From positions 1 through 58,693 of the IMG/VR virus record IMGVR_UViG_3300035698_012504: a stretch of DNA of 58,693 bases. The stretch is one strand, 5' to 3'. A program made the position numbers and the translations under genes. Source of the stretch: a virus. Below are positions 17,324-26,319 of the stretch, in pieces. Within the stretch, counting starts at the first letter, position 1. Every line of letters starts with the position of its first letter. A model generated the notes under the pieces. The model worked only from the letters and a program-made list of their open reading frames with translations. It was not told the origin of the DNA and did not search any database.

Positions 17324-18589
17324 ATGGCAGAAGAACCACTAAATCACCACATATCACCAAACATGGCGCATCACTATTATATTAATAATGTATTTAGTGC
17401 TTTTATACGTGGGATCGCAGATTATTTTAAAACAGAATGGTTTGATGGTAGAAATAAAGATATTGTAATATCTACATATGAAAAAGCAGTAGAACATTTT
17501 AGAAACCGTCAGAACTTTGGAGGAGAGAAATTTTCTCCCAAATATCCATTTATAACATTCAATCCAGAGATTGACTTCGAGCCAGATGACCCTATGGGGA
17601 AATTCTTTCACAATTATCCAATATACAAAGGTTATTCTTCACAAATAGCTGCTAATTTATATAGTCCTTATATTTTTGAAGATGATAATGTGACTATTTC
17701 TGCAGTTATGAATAGATATAAAGGAAACTTTGAAATGATATTGTGGGCTAGTTCTGTATATGAGCTAATAGATTTTAAGGCGTATACATATCAGTTTTTT
17801 GGTGGTATGAATCGCCCAATATATCCTGCTATAATCGAATCATACCTTACTCTACCAGATGAATTTATATATTATACATATGATAACCCATATACAGCAG
17901 AAAAATACAATCTAGATTGGGAAAAATCAACTGGAGAAATAAATCTATTTAAAAACATCAACCAGAACAAGATGGTGTTTCCCTTTGTTCTGAGACCTTG
18001 GATTAAACTAACTGGTGCCAGCGATGGTTCAGAAAAGTATGGTGGTTCTGGAGATGAAATCGGAGATCATAGATTAGTTATTAATATGGAATGGGAAGTA
18101 ACATTACCGACCCATATGATAATGAGAGCAAGGAAGTTTCCAGATAGGTGTCATAAATTTCAGATGGATATACAAGTATCATCAAGATATATTCCACTAG
18201 CAAATGATTCAAGTACCCAGTATCCTGTAGCAGATGAAGTGACCGTTGTTTATGATGACATGATTGATTCGACTGCATCAGCTGAAGAAGCAATGGTATC
18301 AGTTGACCTAATTTATCACGATGCATATCAGTATGTTTGGACACAAGAGGATTACGATCTAGCAAATTCAACTACAGTGGCCGACAAGGATAAAAAGATC
18401 TCTTTAGATATTCCGAGAGAACCAACGGACTGTGTGTATCTAAAAGTGTATGGTAAGTATGGGGAGCTAGTTCGAGACTTCTATTGGAATGTGGTATCAC
18501 AAAACCAATTAGAATTGGTAGCATTTAATTTAAATTCATTAGAAGTAGATGATATATTAATGATTGTATATTATACAGAAAATGATTAG
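17324..18589 (+). CDS. hypothetical protein
   Basis: 421-aa ORF with an AGGAGAATATA Shine-Dalgarno sequence. Confidence 0.45.
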   Translation: MAEEPLNHHISPNMAHHYYINNVFSAFIRGIADYFKTEWFDGRNKDIVISTYEKAVEHFRNRQNFGGEKFSPKYPFITFNPEIDFEPDDPMGKFFHNYPIYKGYSSQIAANLYSPYIFEDDNVTISAVMNRYKGNFEMILWASSVYELIDFKAYTYQFFGGMNRPIYPAIIESYLTLPDEFIYYTYDNPYTAEKYNLDWEKSTGEINLFKNINQNKMVFPFVLRPWIKLTGASDGSEKYGGSGDEIGDHRLVINMEWEVTLPTHMIMRARKFPDRCHKFQMDIQVSSRYIPLANDSSTQYPVADEVTVVYDDMIDSTASAEEAMVSVDLIYHDAYQYVWTQEDYDLANSTTVADKDKKISLDIPREPTDCVYLKVYGKYGELVRDFYWNVVSQNQLELVAFNLNSLEVDDILMIVYYTEND

Positions 18590-18610
18590 GAGAGATTTGG
18601 AGAATAAATA

Positions 18611-19177
18611 ATGTCTAAAAAACTTTCATATGAATATGTAAAGCAATATTTTGAAGAAAATAGTTGCGAATTATTAGAAAGGGAATATGATAATTGTATG
18701 ATTAAAATGAAATATAAATGTTCTTGTGGAAGAATAAGTAAAATAAGTTTTAATAATTTTAAAAGTAAACATAGATGTAGTGATTGTGGTGGGAATGAAA
18801 AACATTCTTATGAATATATAAAACAATATTTTAAAGATAATAATTGTGAATTATTAGAAAAAGAATATATTAATAATAAAACTAACATGAAATATAAATG
18901 TGAATGTGAAATATTACTAGGATATTCTAGAAAAGATATTTTAGAGTATCTTAAGAAGGATCCAAATTTTGATAACTGGGTAAAGAATTCATCCAGCTGG
19001 CACATAGATCATATTATTCCAATAAAAGCATTTGTAGAAAATGAAATAACTAATCCGAAAATAATAAACGCTTTAGATAATTTAAGAATTATACACTGGA
19101 AAGAAAATTTACAAAAAGGTGCTACATTTAATAAGAATGAACTTCAAAGTTATGTGCAATCGAAAGGTATATTATGA
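18611..19177 (+). CDS. HNH homing endonuclease with a duplicated N-terminal Cys4 zinc module
   Basis: Two copies of YEYVKQYF..NCELLE.EY...MKYKC.CG...HRC..CG, then SSWHIDHIIPIKAF...LDNLRIIHWKEN (HNH). Confidence 0.8.
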   Translation: MSKKLSYEYVKQYFEENSCELLEREYDNCMIKMKYKCSCGRISKISFNNFKSKHRCSDCGGNEKHSYEYIKQYFKDNNCELLEKEYINNKTNMKYKCECEILLGYSRKDILEYLKKDPNFDNWVKNSSSWHIDHIIPIKAFVENEITNPKIINALDNLRIIHWKENLQKGATFNKNELQSYVQSKGIL

Positions 19178-19704
19178 TAAAATATGTCAAAGGTGATTTG
19201 TTCCTAACAGACTGCAATTCTATTTGCCATGGCGTGTCGTGCGCTGGTGTGATGGGAGTCGGGGTTGCTAAGAGAATGAAAGAAAGATACCCTGCTAATT
19301 TCAAATACTATCATAACCAATATAAATTTAAAAAATTGAAACCAGGTGAAGTATATATCTTTGCAGGATATCCTAGAAAAATTATAAATCTTACAACTCA
19401 AAGTCAATATGGTAGAAAGAGAATTAAGTATGCGACATTGGAAAATATTAAATCTTGTTTTTTGAAACTTAAATTATTACTACCAGAATATAATAAGGTG
19501 ATAGTTAAAAAGGGAAGCGGACCCATACAAAGTATTGCTCTTCCTAGAATAGGATCTGGATATGGCGGACTTAATTGGAAAGATGTTAAAAATCTTATAG
19601 ATACTCATCTCTCTGATACAGTACCCATAGTAGTATTTGAAGATTTTAAATATGGAATGAAGGCAGAAGAAGAAAATGAATTTCTGTCAAAGGAGCTGAA
19701 TTAA
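19174..19704 (+). CDS. macro-domain protein, TARG1/OARD1/DarG-like (ADP-ribose glycohydrolase)
   Basis: [37 protein letters not shown] matches TARG1 YVKGDLF...[48 protein letters not shown] matches TARG1 LSMPRIGCGLDRLQWENV. Confidence 0.65.
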   Translation: [176 protein letters not shown]

Positions 19705-19708
19705 AAAA

Positions 19709-20176
19709 ATGGGTGCAAGTAAAAGAATAGTTCAGATTTTAGAGGAAGCATTTAAGGCAGCAGTAGTTGATGCTATTGTATGCGATGAGACTGAAACCAA
19801 AGGTAGTTCTTGGATAAGGATCACCCTAAAAGATAGTGGGCCTTTCTTTATATTATGTAGAGCACTAGGCATTAATGATAACATGCGATCTAAAAAGGGT
19901 GGAATTCTTCATATTTATGTATCTCATAATCCGTGTCAAGAACAAAATAGAGCATATGCAAAAGCTTTTACCAAGATTTTAAATGATCATGATATTACTG
20001 CAACTGTAGAAGATCCAGAATCTGGATCAATTCCAGAAGAAGTAAAGAAGCAGTTAAAGAAAAAAATACAAGAGGCTCAGGAAATACATAAGAGACTCGG
20101 AAAAATAAAAGACGAGGACCTGGAAGATTTTCAAGAGGACGAGTGTTATGAAGATACAGAAGAGGACGATGAATAG
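19709..20176 (+). CDS. regA: RegA-like translational repressor homolog with an extra N-terminal segment and an acidic C-terminal tail (tentative)
   Basis: IRITLKDSGPFF..LGI aligns with T4 RegA IEITLKKPEDFL..MGI. SKKGGILHIYVSH aligns with QKKGLYYIVHFKE. T4 RegA sequence is quoted from memory. Confidence 0.4.
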   Translation: MGASKRIVQILEEAFKAAVVDAIVCDETETKGSSWIRITLKDSGPFFILCRALGINDNMRSKKGGILHIYVSHNPCQEQNRAYAKAFTKILNDHDITATVEDPESGSIPEEVKKQLKKKIQEAQEIHKRLGKIKDEDLEDFQEDECYEDTEEDDE

Positions 20177-20185
20177 AAAGGACGA

Positions 20186-20374
20186 ATGATGGTTACTCAA
20201 AGTGTACAAGAAATTCTTGATGCGATGGAGAAAGTCAAAGACGTAGATTTTAGACCATTAGGTCCGCCACTTGACGCAGAGGAACGTAGGAAGCGTGTAC
20301 TGGATCTATGTGAGAGATGGAAAGATGCGCCATATATTGGTGAAGATGAATTTTTAAAGTTGGAAGGAAGATAA
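20186..20374 (+). CDS. hypothetical small acidic protein
   Basis: 62-aa ORF, coupled by TAATG to the next gene. Confidence 0.4.
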   Translation: MMVTQSVQEILDAMEKVKDVDFRPLGPPLDAEERRKRVLDLCERWKDAPYIGEDEFLKLEGR

Positions 20375-20727
20375 TGAACAGGGAAGAACTCAATAAAATA
20401 TTTGAGGAGACAGTACAAGAATGCCGGGAAATTTTATTTTCTAAGAATATGGAATATAGTAGAGATTCGAATGCTCTTGAAAACTTTGATGTTACATCGG
20501 CTGCGGCTGGTATAACAGAACTTCAGGCTCTGTACGTTTTCCTCAGAAAGCATATAAATAGTATAGAAACATATATAAGAGAAGGTGAAACATATTCAGA
20601 TGAAACTATACAAGGTAGAGTGTACGATTGTATCAATTACCTAATTTTATTCAATGCACTTCTTAAAAGAGAAGAATTAAGAAATAAAACTGAGAAAGTA
20701 GAGAAGGATAAGATATTATTAGAATAA
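20374..20727 (+). CDS. all-alpha NTP pyrophosphohydrolase, MazG-like (tentative)
   Basis: Contains an EExxxExxE acidic cluster (FEETVQECRE) and a C-terminal D..IN.LILFNAL segment, in the usual MazG pattern. Confidence 0.35.
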   Translation: MNREELNKIFEETVQECREILFSKNMEYSRDSNALENFDVTSAAAGITELQALYVFLRKHINSIETYIREGETYSDETIQGRVYDCINYLILFNALLKREELRNKTEKVEKDKILLE

Positions 20728-20746
20728 ATAATATTAATTAAAAATT

Positions 20747-21434
20747 ATGGGTAAAAAATTAACTTATGAATATGTTAAACAATACTTTAAAGATAATAAT
20801 TGTGAATTGTTAGAAGATGAATATATTAATTCTAGGACTAAAATGAAATATAAGTGTTCATGTGGGAATACATCTGAGATTAGATTTAGTGATTTTAAAA
20901 ACGGTCATAGATGTAATAAATGTGGGACTAAAAGGACCCGTGATAAATTAAGTCATAGTTATAAATATATAAAGCAATTATTTAAAGATCAGGGGTGTGA
21001 ATTATTAGAAAAAGATTATGTTGATAATCATACTAATATGAAATATATATGTTCTTGCGGTAACTCTGCAGAAATAACTTTTAACAGATTTCAATATGGA
21101 CATAGATGTATGAGATGTGGAAATGATAAGATATCAGGTCATAATCATCATAATTGGAACCCTGATAGAAATGTTGTTAGGAAGACAAAAGAGATACACA
21201 ACTTAAGTGCGTCATATAAAAATAACTACAGAAAGAAACATAACATCTAAAGACGTGCATATAGATCATATAATTCCGGTAAAAGCATTTGTGGAAAATG
21301 GGATATTTGATTTAGATATAATCAATGATGATAAAAATTTACAGTTGCTTTCCAGTAGGGAAAATTTAAGTAAAAGTGGTAAATATAATCAGGAAGATCT
21401 TGTAATATTTTTAAAGGAAAGGGTATCGGTATAA
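20747..21434 (+). pseudogene. disrupted paralog of the zinc-finger HNH endonuclease family
   Basis: The 20747..21250 fragment carries the duplicated Zn modules and HNWNPDR. The 21207..21434 fragment is in another frame and carries VHIDHIIPVKAF...LSSRENL (HNH). The LGYSR linker found in the intact paralogs is missing. Confidence 0.6.
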
Positions 21435-22388
21435 ATGAGAGTTGAGAATACATTATTTGTTGAGAAGTATAGACCTAAATCATTAGATGAAATGATTCTT
21501 AGTGATGATTATAGAAAAATATTTGAAGAGTTTATAAATAAGAAAGAAATTCCAAATCTACTTTTATTTGGTCCGCCGGGCGGCGGAAAAACTACGATTG
21601 CTAGAATTTTAATTCATGAGATAATGCCAGATAATATTGACGTTCTATTTTTAAACGGGAGTGTCACCACTGGAGTGGACGTGCAGAGAGACCTTGTGGA
21701 AGAATTTCTTTCCGTTGCGAGTATAAGCGGATGCAATTATAAAATAGTATTTATAGATGAGGCTGAGATGCTCAGTATAAATGCACAAAAAGCATTGAAG
21801 AGTATCACGGAAGAATTTACGGCGTATGGACGTTTTATATTCACTACAAATGACCCATCAAAAATAATAGACCCGCTACATTCACGATTCCAAGCATTTC
21901 AATTCAATAGTTTGAATAAAGAGTTTGTAAAATATCATGTGTTTACTGTATTATCTGCAGAAGAAATTACATATGATGTAGAGGTAGTAGAAAAAACAAT
22001 AAACACATTTTATCCTGATGTTAGAAAAATTCTAGGGACAATACAATCTAGAATAGTTAATAAAGAATTAATTATAAATAAAGAAGATTTAAATTCCACA
22101 GAATTATTAATTGTAGAAAAAGTTAAAGTCATGGTAGATCGAATCTTGAATGGGAATAGTGCAAGTGAGTCAGCTATACAAAAAATAATTTCTGAAGAAG
22201 ATGTTGATTTCTTTAATTTGTATAGAGAGTTGTTTAAATCACCCGATATTCCTCCGTATATAAAAATTGTTGTAAATAAATATGCAATTTCTCATATGAA
22301 TGCTATGATATCAGAGATGAATTTTATGTCTTTTGTTTATGAAACTATGAAAATCGCGTCTCACGTAAAATCACTGAAAGGGAAGTAG
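21435..22388 (+). CDS. 44: sliding-clamp loader ATPase subunit (T4 gp44 / RFC small-subunit-like)
   Basis: LLLFGPPGGGKTT (Walker A), IVFIDEAEML (Walker B) and SRFQAFQF (sensor 1). Confidence 0.85.
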   Translation: MRVENTLFVEKYRPKSLDEMILSDDYRKIFEEFINKKEIPNLLLFGPPGGGKTTIARILIHEIMPDNIDVLFLNGSVTTGVDVQRDLVEEFLSVASISGCNYKIVFIDEAEMLSINAQKALKSITEEFTAYGRFIFTTNDPSKIIDPLHSRFQAFQFNSLNKEFVKYHVFTVLSAEEITYDVEVVEKTINTFYPDVRKILGTIQSRIVNKELIINKEDLNSTELLIVEKVKVMVDRILNGNSASESAIQKIISEEDVDFFNLYRELFKSPDIPPYIKIVVNKYAISHMNAMISEMNFMSFVYETMKIASHVKSLKGK

Positions 22389-23380
22389 TGGTATATAAGA
22401 ATCTGGAAAAGTTAAGGTCTTTTTTAGACAAGAAGACCGGCTTAGCATATTTTAATGGATCGCATAGTGAATTAATTTGTAGATGTCCTTCTTGCGAACC
22501 AGATTCTAAAAGAAGACATGGACATTTATATATTAGTACACACGAACCACTTTTTAACTGTTTTAAATGTAATTATAAGGGGCTTGTAACCAAATTATTA
22601 AGACTTTTGGACGAAAATCCAGAAGATTACCTATATTTAGACAAAATTAAGATAAAAAATAGTGAATTTTCATTAAATCGCCCCATTTTTGAAGTAAAAA
22701 CTTATGATATTCCAGAAGACACTAAGCTATCTAAAATAAAACGGGCGTATTTAAAGACGAGATTAGGGGTTGATTTAGATGAGGCGAAGGTGCCGAATCT
22801 AATAATTGATCTTGAGCGGTTCATAAACATTAACAATCTTAGTATACCTGATTCGGTATTGGGACTATATCCATACTTATGTGAGAACTTTATTGGATTC
22901 TTATGCAATAGAGGTACACTAATAATATTAAGAAATGTAGACTGTAATGCTAAAATATCCCATTTTCGGTTAAAAATAGGAGAAATTGGTATTTTTAGTG
23001 ACTTTTATGGGTTAAAAATAGGACCAAGGCGACCAAATCTTAATAAAATCGTACTTTGTGAAGGAATCTTTGATGTTTTATCGTCGAAGTCAAGGACTGA
23101 ACTTGATAATATACTTGGTGGTACTCATTTCCTTTCTGCGGTATTAGGAAGACATTATTATAATACCTTCACATCTATTTTAGATTATTGCAAATTAACG
23201 ATGGCGGACGTAGTTATTCTTGGGGATAATGATGTCCCAATAAAAGAATACGATTTTATAAGAAATCATCCATCTGTAGTAGGATTTAATCTATATATAA
23301 ATAAAATTGGTCATGATTTTGCAACTAAAAATATAGAACCATTGAAAGTAGTTACTGGAAAACCAAATAGGAGAGTGTAA
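22388..23380 (+). CDS. DNA primase-like protein (N-terminal zinc ribbon plus TOPRIM; T4 gp61-like)
   Basis: CRCPSCEP...CFKCNYKG, VLCEGIFDVLS (TOPRIM Glu) and ILGDNDVP (DxD). GTG start overlapping the upstream TAG. Confidence 0.5.
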   Translation: MVYKNLEKLRSFLDKKTGLAYFNGSHSELICRCPSCEPDSKRRHGHLYISTHEPLFNCFKCNYKGLVTKLLRLLDENPEDYLYLDKIKIKNSEFSLNRPIFEVKTYDIPEDTKLSKIKRAYLKTRLGVDLDEAKVPNLIIDLERFININNLSIPDSVLGLYPYLCENFIGFLCNRGTLIILRNVDCNAKISHFRLKIGEIGIFSDFYGLKIGPRRPNLNKIVLCEGIFDVLSSKSRTELDNILGGTHFLSAVLGRHYYNTFTSILDYCKLTMADVVILGDNDVPIKEYDFIRNHPSVVGFNLYINKIGHDFATKNIEPLKVVTGKPNRRV

Positions 23381-23781
23381 TGAGTAGTGGACCAAATCTA
23401 CATAAGATTATAAATGTCTTTACCCAAACGAAAGTTGATGGTAAAGAAGTGGAGTTTGAGAAAACTCCTATCGAACTTGTTAAGTTTGCAAAGGAGAACG
23501 ATGAATTATATAGATTTAAAAAAGATATATGGTTTTGTTGTTACCTCACCAAATATAACAAAGAACCGTCTGTAGTACTTCTATTTACTATGAAACTACC
23601 AGGATCCCTATCTGGATCTAGCAGTTCAAGTGAAATTGTTATGAACCTAGTACATATACTAGAAAACTTTCTAACCCCGATAGATGAATTTCATTTTGAA
23701 AGGAGCATAGATGAGAACAAAAAAGAAAATATTGCTATTTTAAGAATTACTAAGATAATAAGAGAAGATAATATAATTTAA
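23380..23781 (+). CDS. hypothetical protein
   Basis: 133-aa ORF, TAATG-coupled. Confidence 0.45.
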   Translation: MSSGPNLHKIINVFTQTKVDGKEVEFEKTPIELVKFAKENDELYRFKKDIWFCCYLTKYNKEPSVVLLFTMKLPGSLSGSSSSSEIVMNLVHILENFLTPIDEFHFERSIDENKKENIAILRITKIIREDNII

Positions 23782-23792
23782 TAGGTAATATA

Positions 23793-24305
23793 ATGGAAAC
23801 AAAAAATATTAATGGCAATCAAACTCCGAACGGTTGGACAGAATGGGGCAAGTATGTTCTCAAAACACTTGAGAGTATTACTAATAGATTAGATGATCTG
23901 CAAAAGGAATTGCAGGAGAATAGACTTGAACTAAATGATTATGGACATAAAGTAAAAGAAGAGATTAAAAAAGAAGTAGAAGGTTTTTATAAGAATTGTG
24001 ATTTAAAATGTGGCGGACTCTCAAAAGATATATTATCAATCACATCAACTGTTACTGAGAAAATAGCAGGAGATATTGAAAAATCAAATATGGTTTTTGA
24101 AGAAAAGATTAATATTACATCTAAAAAAATAGATAAATTTATTGCAGAAACTAATACTTTAGACGACAAGGTCGCTGCCGTCGATAAAGAAGTCACAATA
24201 TTAAAAGTTAAAGCTGGATTTATAGGAGGAATTGCTGCGCTTATAACCTCTGCTTTGGTATCTATTGTGCTCATGCTTTTAAAAGGATACTTCTTTGGAG
24301 GTTAA
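23793..24305 (+). CDS. coiled-coil protein with a C-terminal transmembrane anchor
   Basis: Heptad-like Lys/Glu-rich body, then GFIGGIAALITSALVSIVLMLL. Confidence 0.5.
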   Translation: METKNINGNQTPNGWTEWGKYVLKTLESITNRLDDLQKELQENRLELNDYGHKVKEEIKKEVEGFYKNCDLKCGGLSKDILSITSTVTEKIAGDIEKSNMVFEEKINITSKKIDKFIAETNTLDDKVAAVDKEVTILKVKAGFIGGIAALITSALVSIVLMLLKGYFFGG

Positions 24306-24308
24306 TAT

Positions 24309-24476
24309 ATGCTTACCAAAGCCGACACCACCCGAAGTATGATTAAAGATAGGATTGAATTCTTAGTCTCAGGAGAAACTAAGATTGTTAGTATTAGAGA
24401 TACTGTCGCAGGAATAATAGATACTGTAAAAATATTTAACGATTCAGATTTTTTAAAAAATTTATCAGACGAATAA
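24309..24476 (+). CDS. hypothetical 55-aa protein (absent from the ORF track)
   Basis: GGAGG Shine-Dalgarno sequence 8 nt upstream of the ATG at 24309. Confidence 0.35.
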   Translation: MLTKADTTRSMIKDRIEFLVSGETKIVSIRDTVAGIIDTVKIFNDSDFLKNLSDE

Positions 24477-24499
24477 TAAATATTTGGGAGGGTGACACC

Positions 24500-24640
24500 G
24501 TGAAAGATTTTGAGTGTTCGTCTTGTGGTTGGTGGGATATAGCTATGAAATATTCTCCCACTGTTATTAAATGTACCAAATGTGGATGTGTACTCCTAAA
24601 AAAGAAATTACAATATGTAGTTAAAATAAAGTGGCATTAA
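24500..24640 (+). CDS. small zinc-ribbon protein (46 aa; GTG start)
   Basis: GGGAGGG lies 7 nt upstream of the GTG. Contains CSSCGW...CTKCGC. Confidence 0.35.
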   Translation: MKDFECSSCGWWDIAMKYSPTVIKCTKCGCVLLKKKLQYVVKIKWH

Positions 24641-24653
24641 AAAGGAAGATAGT

Positions 24654-26315
24654 ATGACGTATAAACCATCATTTAGAAAATACAAAGCCCTTAAAGTTAA
24701 AAAACCAAAAAGAAATATTAGGGCCACTGATAAGCGAGGGCAAGTAACTATAAAAGGAAAATCTATATCAATTACTGAAGTTGAGAAGCTACATCAAAAT
24801 AAAAAGGTAAGGAAACCTAAAACTATATATAGAAATAGAACAAGATCTGATGAACACAGACATTATCCATTAAATATAGTGGTTGTTGCATATAATGAAT
24901 TAGAATATACTATGAAATGTGTAGAATCTATCAGAAAGAATACAAAAGGATCATATGCCCTCTATTTAGTAGACAATGGGTCAGATGATAAAACATATAA
25001 ATACTTTAGGACTGTTAAAAATGCAAATATTATAAGGATTGATAAGAATCGGGGATATGCATATGGATGCAATGAAGCATTGCGTAAGATATTTCGTGGT
25101 GATGTGATTATATTAAATAGCAATATAATTGTTCCAAAAAATTGGACCACCCACCTTTTAAATGTTTTAAATTCTAATGAAAATATAGGTATGGTTGGTC
25201 CAGTGTCCAATGATATTAAAGGGGCACAGAATATAAATGTAGATATTAATTGTTCGCCTCAGGAGATTAATAAATTATCTGATAAGATTCAGATGAGTGC
25301 AGGAACTGCCAAAATTAAAGTAGATAATATTTGTGGACATTGTGTTGTTATACGTGGAGATGTATTTAAACAAATTGGATTATTTGATCCCGTATTTGTA
25401 TGTGATACCTTCGGAAATAATGATTACTGTAAGAGAGTAAAACTAATGGGGAAAGAGATAGTAATTTCAAAGGGATCGTTTGTTTACCATTGCACCAACG
25501 AATCACCTATTAGTATTGATGAAAAAGAATATACAAAACGGTTCGAATTTAACACAGGATTAACTCAAAAGAAATGGAATAATAAAGGAGTTGATCTTGA
25601 TAGTACGTTAATATTAGATATGGATGAATACGAGGACCTTGTATCTATTATAACACCATGCTTCAATAGTCATAACTTTATAGAAGCATGTGTAAATTCT
25701 GTCCTTACCCAAACTCATAAAAATATTGAAATGATAATAGTTGATGATGGATCTAATGCAGAGACAAAAAGAAAACTAAAGATGTGTGTTGATAAAAGCG
25801 AGCGTATTAAGTTAATAACTAATCCTATAAATAAGGGGAGATCGTTCTCTAGGAATAGAGCTATAGAAAATGCTAAAGGAAAATATATCCTCCCTCTTGA
25901 TTCTGATGATCTTATACATAGACAGTGTGTTGCAATATTAGTGAAGCATATGAAAGAAAATGATGATGCGAAAATTTGTTATCCTTTAACAAAGGAATTT
26001 GGAAATTGTAATAAAATATGGTTTTATCCTTATAGAAAAGATTTACTAGTTCAACAAAATTTATTACCATGCACCTCTATGTTCTTAAAGGATGCTTGGA
26101 TAAACTGTGGTGGGTATGATATAAGGGTGGATGGATACGAAGACTGGGACTTTTGGTTGAGAATGTATGATAGTAATACAAGGGCAATTGGTGTACCAGA
26201 ACCAATATTTTTTTATAGAAAACACAATACTAATTCTGCCAATGGTATAGATAGAAAACATGGGCACGATATAGTAACCAAAATTAAATCATTCCACCCT
26301 AAATTATTTGGATAG
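24654..26315 (+). CDS. bifunctional family-2 glycosyltransferase (two GT-A domains)
   Basis: VVVAYNELEYTMKCVESI...LVDNGSDDKT plus a DxD motif, and IITPCFNSHNFIEACVNSVLTQTHKNIEMIIVDDGSNAET...LPLDSDD. Confidence 0.8.
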   Translation: MTYKPSFRKYKALKVKKPKRNIRATDKRGQVTIKGKSISITEVEKLHQNKKVRKPKTIYRNRTRSDEHRHYPLNIVVVAYNELEYTMKCVESIRKNTKGSYALYLVDNGSDDKTYKYFRTVKNANIIRIDKNRGYAYGCNEALRKIFRGDVIILNSNIIVPKNWTTHLLNVLNSNENIGMVGPVSNDIKGAQNINVDINCSPQEINKLSDKIQMSAGTAKIKVDNICGHCVVIRGDVFKQIGLFDPVFVCDTFGNNDYCKRVKLMGKEIVISKGSFVYHCTNESPISIDEKEYTKRFEFNTGLTQKKWNNKGVDLDSTLILDMDEYEDLVSIITPCFNSHNFIEACVNSVLTQTHKNIEMIIVDDGSNAETKRKLKMCVDKSERIKLITNPINKGRSFSRNRAIENAKGKYILPLDSDDLIHRQCVAILVKHMKENDDAKICYPLTKEFGNCNKIWFYPYRKDLLVQQNLLPCTSMFLKDAWINCGGYDIRVDGYEDWDFWLRMYDSNTRAIGVPEPIFFYRKHNTNSANGIDRKHGHDIVTKIKSFHPKLFG

Positions 26316-26319
26316 TAAA

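Noticed and set aside
22388-23380. Calling this gene the clamp-loader small subunit gp62 by T4 synteny (it directly follows gp44)
   Set aside because: The protein is 330 aa with an N-terminal CxxC...CxxC zinc ribbon and TOPRIM-like EG..D and DND motifs. That fits a gp61-type primase better than gp62. The call is left as primase-like at moderate confidence.
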